Below, one piece after another: positions 57,946-64,000 of a stretch of DNA of 64,000 nucleotides. Origin of the DNA: an uncultured Pelagibacteraceae bacterium (GTDB lineage: Bacteria > Pseudomonadota > Alphaproteobacteria > Pelagibacterales > Pelagibacteraceae); contig CACHHJ010000001.1 in NCBI GenBank assembly GCA_902579585.1, positions 7,175-71,174 on the forward strand. The letters are read 5' to 3'. The notes below the pieces were generated by a model that saw only the letters and a list, made by a program, of their open reading frames with translations, was not told the origin of the DNA and did no database searches. Every line of letters begins with the position of its first letter. Position 1 is the stretch's first letter. Both the position numbers and the translations under genes were made by a program.

Positions 57946-58667
57946 TTTTTTTTAGCGAGAAGAATATAATTTACAGAACAATCTTTACTTTTAGTCCAAT
58001 TATTTGAAAATAAATTAAATTTCAAACCAGTTAAATCTAATTTATTCAAATTAAGCTTATTAAATTTTTGTTCTATTTCATCAGGAGTTAAAAACTTTTG
58101 CCAATCATGTGTGCCTATTGGAAGCCATCTTAGAACATACTCAGCGCCAACTATTGCTTTTACATAAGACTCAAAGGTCCTATTAATTGTTGCAATGAAC
58201 ATTATTCCATTTTTTTTTAGAAGACCGGTTGCAGCAGTCATAAATAAATCGACATTTTCAACATGCTCGATCACCTCAAGATTTAATATCACATCAAATT
58301 TATCTTGAATTTTTTTTTTTTCAGGCGATGTAGCTAAATATTTTATATTTAAATTATTCTTTCTTGCATGGATCTTAGCAACTTCAATATTTCTTGATGA
58401 AGCATCGATACCAGTTATTTTAGCACCCAACCTACATAGCGGTTCGCTAACAAGCCCTCCACCACATCCTATATCCAAAAATTTTAGTCCTGAGAGGGGC
58501 TTATCATTATTATTTTTTAAATTAAAATGATTAGTACATTTTTCTATAATATATTTAATTCTTATTGGGTTAAACCTGTGCAAAGGTTTAAACTTACCTT
58601 TAGCATCCCACCATTCATCAGCTATTTTTGAAAACTTTTGAATTTCCTCTTGATTTATTGTAGTCAT
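57942..58667 (-). CDS. ubiG: ubiquinone biosynthesis O-methyltransferase
   Basis: 241 aa with FSKIADEWWD..GKFKPLH..NP.R, LDIGCGGGL and LEVIEHV. Confidence 0.9.
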   Translation of the reverse strand: MTTINQEEIQKFSKIADEWWDAKGKFKPLHRFNPIRIKYIIEKCTNHFNLKNNNDKPLSGLKFLDIGCGGGLVSEPLCRLGAKITGIDASSRNIEVAKIHARKNNLNIKYLATSPEKKKIQDKFDVILNLEVIEHVENVDLFMTAATGLLKKNGIMFIATINRTFESYVKAIVGAEYVLRWLPIGTHDWQKFLTPDEIEQKFNKLNLNKLDLTGLKFNLFSNNWTKSKDCSVNYILLAKKN

Positions 58668-58730
58668 TAATTTCTAAATATAATTAATTATGTTAATTTT
58701 AACTTAATTATTTTTAAAATTAAACCCAGA

Positions 58731-59942
58731 ATGACTAAAAAGGTACTTAAATTTGGCGGCACTTCAGTAGGATCAATTCAAAGAATTGTTCATGCGGCAA
58801 AAATTATCAAAAAAGAATATGATAAAGGAAATAAAATATTAGTTGTTGTTTCAGCAATGGCAGGAACTACTAATAATCTAGTAGCTCATTCCGAGTCAAT
58901 TTCAAAAAAATTTAGCAAAAGAGAATTAGACGTATTATTAACTTCTGGTGAACAGGTCACAAGTGCTTTAATGGCAGGAGCTTTAAATCAGTTAGGATTA
59001 CAAGCTAAATCTTGGATGAATTGGCAGATACCTATTATTACCGAAGGGGAAAATACAAATGCTAGAATCATTCAAATTATTACAGAAAATGTAAATAAGT
59101 ATTTAGACTCCGGCGGCATAGCTGTAATACCGGGGTTTCAGGGGATATCTAAATCTGGAGATATTACATCAATAGGACGAGGAGGTTCAGACGCAACTGC
59201 TGTTGCAATTGCAAAAATATTTCAAACCGATAGCTGCGAGATATATACAGATGTTGATGGCGTTTACTCATCCGATCCTAACAAAATACCATTAGCTAAA
59301 AAAATTGACAGAATATCTTATGAGGAAATGTTAGAGTTATCATCACTTGGTGCAAAAGTTATGCAATCTTCTGCAGTTCAAACCGCAATGATGAACAATA
59401 TACCAATTCATGTCAAATCTACTTTTACAGAGAGAAAAGGAACAGAAATAATTAATAATGATATTATTGATTATAGTAAAGCAGTTACGGGAGTCGCTTA
59501 TTCTAAAGATGACGCAAAAATTACACTTTTAGGAGTCGAGGATAAGCCAGGTGTTGCAGCAGATATATTTGAACCTCTTTCAAATAATCAGATTAACGTA
59601 GATATGGTGATACAAAATATTTCAACTGATGGAAAAAGAACCGATGTTACATTTACAATAAAAAGAGGAGATTGTAAAAATGCAATAACATTAATAAAAG
59701 ACAATAAAAAAATAAAGTATGAAAATATATATATGAATGATAAAGTATCAAAAATATCAATTGTTGGTGCCGGAATGGTAGCTACGCCAGGGGTAACATA
59801 TAAAATGTTTAGATCTTTATCAGAGGAAAAAATTAACATACTTGCTATCTCAACATCTGAAATAAAAATTTCAGTAATAATTGATGAAAAATCAACAATT
59901 ACTGCAGTAAAAAAGTTGCACAAAACTTTTAATTTAGATTAA
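58731..59942 (+). CDS. lysC: aspartate kinase
   Basis: 403 aa with [18 protein letters not shown] and [11 protein letters not shown], plus two C-terminal ACT domains. Confidence 0.95.
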   Translation: MTKKVLKFGGTSVGSIQRIVHAAKIIKKEYDKGNKILVVVSAMAGTTNNLVAHSESISKKFSKRELDVLLTSGEQVTSALMAGALNQLGLQAKSWMNWQIPIITEGENTNARIIQIITENVNKYLDSGGIAVIPGFQGISKSGDITSIGRGGSDATAVAIAKIFQTDSCEIYTDVDGVYSSDPNKIPLAKKIDRISYEEMLELSSLGAKVMQSSAVQTAMMNNIPIHVKSTFTERKGTEIINNDIIDYSKAVTGVAYSKDDAKITLLGVEDKPGVAADIFEPLSNNQINVDMVIQNISTDGKRTDVTFTIKRGDCKNAITLIKDNKKIKYENIYMNDKVSKISIVGAGMVATPGVTYKMFRSLSEEKINILAISTSEIKISVIIDEKSTITAVKKLHKTFNLD

Positions 59943-59947
59943 TCAAA

Positions 59948-61042
59948 ATGCAAATTAGACCTCACAGAATAATAAATAGGCGCAAAACAAAAAAAATTAA
60001 AGTTGGAAAAGTTTTTATTGGAGGAGACTCCACCATCTCAGTTCAATCGATGACAAATACTATTACTTCTGATGAAGTATCAACTATAAATCAAGTTAAT
60101 CAACTTAAAGAAGTAGGAGCCGATTTAGTTAGAATTTCTTGCCCCGATCAAGACTCGACCAAAGCATTAAAAAATATAATAAAAAAAACTGATATCCCAA
60201 TTATTGCTGATATTCATTTCCACTATAAGAGAGCTATAGAGGCAGCCAAATCAGGTGCTAGTTGCTTAAGAATTAATCCAGGAAATATTGGATCAAATGA
60301 AAGGGTAAAAGATGTAATTAAAGCCGCTAAAGATTATGATTGTGCAATTCGAATAGGTGTAAATGCAGGGTCTCTTGAAAAAAAAATATTAGAGAAATAT
60401 AAAGAGCCGTGTCCTGAAGCCTTAGTTGAAAGTGCAACTTATAATATAAAACTTTTAGAAGATAATGACTTTTTTAATTTTAAAATTAGTGTCAAATCCT
60501 CTGATGTTTTTCTAGCAGTTAAAGCCTATGAATTGCTATCGAAAAGTTATGACTATCCTTTACATTTAGGAATAACTGAAGCAGGTGGATTGTTTCCAGG
60601 CAGCATTAAATCTTCTATTGGAATTGGATCTTTATTAATGAGAGGTATTGGCGATACTATAAGAGTTTCTCTATCAGCAGATCCAATTGAAGAAATAAAA
60701 GCAGGTTATGAGATATTAGGATCTTTAGGTATTAGATCAAGAGGTGTTCAAATTATTTCCTGCCCATCTTGTGCGAGACAAGCTTTTCCAGTTATTGAAA
60801 CAGTAAAAATACTTGAAAATAAATTATCACATATAAAAAAACCATTAACTCTGTCAATAATTGGATGCGTAGTAAATGGACCCGGAGAAGCTTCACAAAC
60901 AGATGTAGGGTTAACAGGTGGTGGCGAAGGTAGTAATTTGCTTTATCTGTCTGGCATTCCTCACGAAAAAATAGCCAGTAATTCACTTATAGATAAAGTT
61001 GTTGAGCTTGTAGAAGCAAAAGTCAAAGAACTAAAAAATTAA
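59948..61042 (+). CDS. ispG: 4-hydroxy-3-methylbut-2-en-1-yl diphosphate synthase
   Basis: 364 aa with [29 protein letters not shown] and GCVVNGPGE. Confidence 0.95.
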   Translation: MQIRPHRIINRRKTKKIKVGKVFIGGDSTISVQSMTNTITSDEVSTINQVNQLKEVGADLVRISCPDQDSTKALKNIIKKTDIPIIADIHFHYKRAIEAAKSGASCLRINPGNIGSNERVKDVIKAAKDYDCAIRIGVNAGSLEKKILEKYKEPCPEALVESATYNIKLLEDNDFFNFKISVKSSDVFLAVKAYELLSKSYDYPLHLGITEAGGLFPGSIKSSIGIGSLLMRGIGDTIRVSLSADPIEEIKAGYEILGSLGIRSRGVQIISCPSCARQAFPVIETVKILENKLSHIKKPLTLSIIGCVVNGPGEASQTDVGLTGGGEGSNLLYLSGIPHEKIASNSLIDKVVELVEAKVKELKN

Positions 61043-61047
61043 ATCTA

Positions 61048-62121
61048 ATGATACCCATTGATAAAGTTAAAAATATTATAGAAAGATATGATTTATTAGA
61101 AAAAGAACTCTCAACAGGAAAGTTTGATGCAAAGCTTTTTGCAAAAAAATCAAAAGAATATTCAGATCTTAAAAATATAATTAACCAAGCTAAAGAATAT
61201 GTAAATTTTGATAAGAATAAAAAAGATTTAAATAATATTATAAATGATAAAAAAAATGATCAAGAAATGATAATAATGGCAAAAAAGGAGCTCGATACAG
61301 TTGAAAGCCAAAAAAATAAACATGAAAAATTATTAAAAATATTCTTATTACCTAAAGATAGGGACGATGAAAAAAATGTTATTGTAGAAATTAGAGCAGG
61401 TACTGGTGGACTTGAAGCTACATTATTTGTTTCAGATTTGTTTAAAATGTACGAAAAAGTATGTACTAAAAAAAGATGGAAAATGGAAATTATAACTATA
61501 TCAAAAAGTGAGGCAGGCGGTTTCAAAGAGATAATATTTTCTGTTAAAGGAGAAAATATATTTTCTTATCTAAAATATGAATCTGGAGTCCATAGAGTTC
61601 AAAGAGTTCCAAGTACAGAGGCACAAGGTAGAGTCCATACATCTGCCGCAACAGTTGCAATTTTACCTGAAGCAGAAGATGTTGATATAAAACTTAATGA
61701 CTCAGATTTAAGGATAGATGTTTTTAGATCTAGCGGGCCAGGCGGTCAGTCAGTGAATACAACAGATAGTGCAGTTAGAATCACTCATATTCCAACTAAC
61801 ATAGTTGTTACACAGCAAGACGAAAAATCACAACATAAAAATAAGTCGAAGGCACTTAAGATATTAAGAGCAAGAATTTATGAAGCTGAAAAACTTAAAA
61901 AAGAAAAGGAGCGTTCCAATGAAAGAAAAAACCAGATAGGGACGGGTGATAGATCAGAAAGAATAAGAACTTACAACTTTCCTCAGGGAAGAGTTACAGA
62001 CCACAGAATTAATTTAACACTTCATAAATTGGAGGAATTTTTAAGCGGGGATATTCATGAAGAGATGAATGAAAATTTAAGATTAAAAGATCAAGATTTA
62101 AAATTACAGGGTTTAACTTAA
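61048..62121 (+). CDS. prfA: peptide chain release factor 1
   Basis: 357 aa with the PST tripeptide region (RVQRVPSTE) and the GGQ motif (SGPGGQSVN). Confidence 0.97.
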   Translation: MIPIDKVKNIIERYDLLEKELSTGKFDAKLFAKKSKEYSDLKNIINQAKEYVNFDKNKKDLNNIINDKKNDQEMIIMAKKELDTVESQKNKHEKLLKIFLLPKDRDDEKNVIVEIRAGTGGLEATLFVSDLFKMYEKVCTKKRWKMEIITISKSEAGGFKEIIFSVKGENIFSYLKYESGVHRVQRVPSTEAQGRVHTSAATVAILPEAEDVDIKLNDSDLRIDVFRSSGPGGQSVNTTDSAVRITHIPTNIVVTQQDEKSQHKNKSKALKILRARIYEAEKLKKEKERSNERKNQIGTGDRSERIRTYNFPQGRVTDHRINLTLHKLEEFLSGDIHEEMNENLRLKDQDLKLQGLT

Positions 62122-62122
62122 T

Positions 62123-62965
62123 ATGAAAACTTTGCAGCTTTTAAATTTAGGATCAGAAATTTTAAAAAAAAATAAAATTTCGTCTCATCTAATTGACAGT
62201 GAAATTATTCTTTCTAAGATTTTAAATACTTCAAGAGAAAAACTTCTAACAAAACAAAGCAAGGTCAACTATAAAAATATTGCAAAATTTAAAAATCAAA
62301 TTGCAAGAAGATCACAATACGAGCCTATAGCTTATATTCTTAAAACAAAAGAGTTTATGGGATCTGATTTTTTTGTTGATAAAAAATCCTTAATACCTAG
62401 ACCAGAAACTGAACTATTAATTGAACCGATTATGAAAATCTTTAAAAATAAAAGTTTATTTTTTTTAGAAATTGGCATTGGTAGTGGTTGCATAATACTC
62501 TCGATTTTAAATCATTTGAAACATAGCCACGGGATTGGAATTGATGTGTGTAAAAAAACCCTAAAAAATAGCAAGATTAATATGAAAAAATTTAAATTAG
62601 AAAATAAGTGCAAGCTTTTTCATAAATCTGTTGATGAATTGTGTGGTATCAAATTTGATTTAGTCGTATCAAATCCGCCTTATATAATTAAGAGAGATAT
62701 CAAACGTTTATCCAATGATATTAAAAGATTTGAACCAACCTTAGCTCTAGATGGTGGAAATGATGGTCTTGACGTAATTAAAAAAGTTATTTACAAGTCT
62801 ATTAGCGTTCTTAAATTAAATGGTATTTTAGCTATAGAAATTGGTCACGGGCAATATAAGGCTGTGAGAAACCTTTTGATAGCAAATAATTTTAAAGAAA
62901 AATTTGTAATAAAAGACTTTGAAAACAATATTCGTTGTATTTTTAGCACGTTATTAAAAAAATAA
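62123..62965 (+). CDS. prmC: release factor glutamine N5-methyltransferase
   Basis: 280 aa with EIGIGSGC, VSNPPYI and prfA-prmC synteny. Confidence 0.9.
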   Translation: MKTLQLLNLGSEILKKNKISSHLIDSEIILSKILNTSREKLLTKQSKVNYKNIAKFKNQIARRSQYEPIAYILKTKEFMGSDFFVDKKSLIPRPETELLIEPIMKIFKNKSLFFLEIGIGSGCIILSILNHLKHSHGIGIDVCKKTLKNSKINMKKFKLENKCKLFHKSVDELCGIKFDLVVSNPPYIIKRDIKRLSNDIKRFEPTLALDGGNDGLDVIKKVIYKSISVLKLNGILAIEIGHGQYKAVRNLLIANNFKEKFVIKDFENNIRCIFSTLLKK

Positions 62966-63025
62966 TTTAATAAATAAAAAAAAAAAAATTTAATAGATTA
63001 AATTTAGTAAAATATAATTATTCAA

Positions 63026-63385
63026 ATGAGAAATGATAAAATAAGAAGATTTAAACCAAGAAATAACAAATTTCGTTCGAGAAGACCCTCAAATGGAATG
63101 AATAATAATGGTGTTATTCATCAAAATAATATTCATAGAAATAGTTTATCAAGAAGTCATATAAATAAAAATCCTCATAATTTAGAAAGAATAATTGAAA
63201 AATATAAAAACTTAGCAAAAGAGGCCTTAAGCTCTGGTGATAAGATTTTATATGAAAATTATCTACAGCATTCAGATCATTTTTCAAGAATTCTTTCAGA
63301 AATAGGTCCCAGTAAAATAAAAGAAACTTTCAAAGATAAAGAAAATAATAAAGAAGAGCAAAATGTTGCTAACGAACAAAGTTAA
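63026..63385 (+). CDS. DUF4167-family protein
   Basis: 119 aa. Arg/Asn-rich N-terminus followed by EKYKNLAKEALSSGDKILYENYLQHSDHF, the pattern I associate with DUF4167. Confidence 0.65.
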   Translation: MRNDKIRRFKPRNNKFRSRRPSNGMNNNGVIHQNNIHRNSLSRSHINKNPHNLERIIEKYKNLAKEALSSGDKILYENYLQHSDHFSRILSEIGPSKIKETFKDKENNKEEQNVANEQS

Positions 63386-64000
63386 TTTCTTAGCTCAGCA
63401 ACTTCAACATCTAATTTAATTCTATCAATTTCAAATAATTTTCTTTCCTCCCCCTTTAAAATTTTTCCTGATGGTAATTTTAATTTTTGAGAATTAATAA
63501 ACTTTCCGTTATATTTGACAGTATAATGCAAGTGAGGGCCGGTCGACATTCCTGTGTTTCCAACATAACCAATAATTTGTCCTTGTCTAACACGCCTACC
63601 TGTCTTTGTTGCAAATTTTGAAAGATGACCATAACCAGTGGTGTAAGAGGAGTTATGTCTTATTCTAACGCAGTTGCCACCATTACCACACCATCCGGCT
63701 TTAATAACAGTTCCATTGCCAGATGCCATAATAGGAGTCCCGGTCGGTGCTGCAAAGTCAGTCCCATTATGGTGTTTTGTAAAACCTAAAATTGGGTGTT
63801 TACGCGAACCAAAAGGTGAAGACAATCTCGCACCATTAATTGGAGTTTTCATTAAAGCTTTACTAATACTTTTACCTTTCTCATCGTAGAAATCAAAATC
63901 ATTTTTACTTTCAAACCTATATAATTTTATTTTTTGGTTATTTACATTTAGATAAGCATATAAAATCTTACCTGTTTGAATAAATTTGTTTGTGTCATCT
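63382..64000 (-). CDS. M23-family peptidoglycan metallo-endopeptidase (5' part lies outside the window)
   Basis: HNGTDFAAPTGTPI (HxxxD) and GPHLHY (HxH). The frame upstream of the ORF-track Met (63852) stays open to nt 64000, so the gene is truncated by the window edge. Confidence 0.85.
   Translation of the reverse strand, partial: DDTNKFIQTGKILYAYLNVNNQKIKLYRFESKNDFDFYDEKGKSISKALMKTPINGARLSSPFGSRKHPILGFTKHHNGTDFAAPTGTPIMASGNGTVIKAGWCGNGGNCVRIRHNSSYTTGYGHLSKFATKTGRRVRQGQIIGYVGNTGMSTGPHLHYTVKYNGKFINSQKLKLPSGKILKGEERKLFEIDRIKLDVEVAELRN

Noticed and set aside
58668-58730. Lysine riboswitch upstream of lysC. I also looked for SAM or THF riboswitches upstream of the metF-like gene and a glycine riboswitch near the GcvT-like gene.
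   Set aside because: The spacers (63 nt, 105 nt, and an 8-nt overlap) are too short or lack the conserved stems I know for these classes. I recognised no riboswitch consensus by eye.
62976-62988. A13 homopolymer between prmC and the DUF4167 gene, as a phase-variation tract.
   Set aside because: It is intergenic, not positioned between -35 and -10 elements that I can define, and poly-A/T runs are pervasive in this AT-rich sequence.
1-64000. CRISPR arrays, IS elements or transposases, prophage genes, rRNA, toxin-antitoxin pairs, restriction-modification or other recognised defence systems.
   Set aside because: Scanning the ORF translations and the spacers revealed no repeat-spacer arrays, no DDE/tyrosine/serine recombinases, no phage structural genes and no known defence-gene signatures.

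Overview
This is a very AT-rich, extremely gene-dense stretch of a streamlined alphaproteobacterial chromosome. Spacers are mostly 0-40 nt, and many genes overlap by 1-44 nt. In my judgement it is SAR11/Pelagibacterales-like. The grounds are Lys/Asn/Ile-rich proteins, a class I LysRS, the bolA / J-domain / cobS / cobT neighbourhood, murA-DUF2948-hisD-infA, DUF1178 and DUF4167; this assignment is inference, not a search result. I support about 70 CDS and two tRNAs, Ser-GGA and Phe-GAA. I see no rRNA, CRISPR, transposase, integrase or recognisable transcription factor.

Most of the window is housekeeping:
- Translation: thrS-infC-rpmI-rplT-pheST, lepA, lysK, rpmB, def-fmt-truA, rpmH-rnpA, infA, prfA-prmC.
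- Envelope and secretion: yidC/yidD, secA, murA, ampG, NlpC/P60 and M23 peptidases.
- Amino acid, isoprenoid and quinone biosynthesis: aroKB, dapDE, argB, argJ, hisD, lysC, ispG, ubiG, pyrD, dcd.

The parts that do not look like plain core genome are:
1. A four-gene sugar-nucleotide modification operon (8.5-12.7 kb).
2. A translationally coupled SAM-methyltransferase + PhyH-type dioxygenase cassette with foreign-looking codon usage. It sits against tRNA-Ser and is followed by the longest spacer of the window, which carries an 18-codon hydrophobic micro-ORF with a canonical SD.
3. A cobS/cobT-like AAA+/vWA pair with a J-domain protein but no cobN.
4. A TVP38/DedA-type membrane protein + micro-membrane protein + TPR-glycosyltransferase trio.
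5. A THF-linked methyl-oxidation module (fhs, NAD-fdh, metF-like, DmdA/GcvT-like demethylase). The 5' leader of the metF-like gene carries a 29/31-nt copy of the gene's own catalytic-motif segment.
6. A tRNA-Phe with a paired deviation in the D-loop and T-loop.

All protein calls come from motif and family recognition by eye. No alignments or database searches were run.
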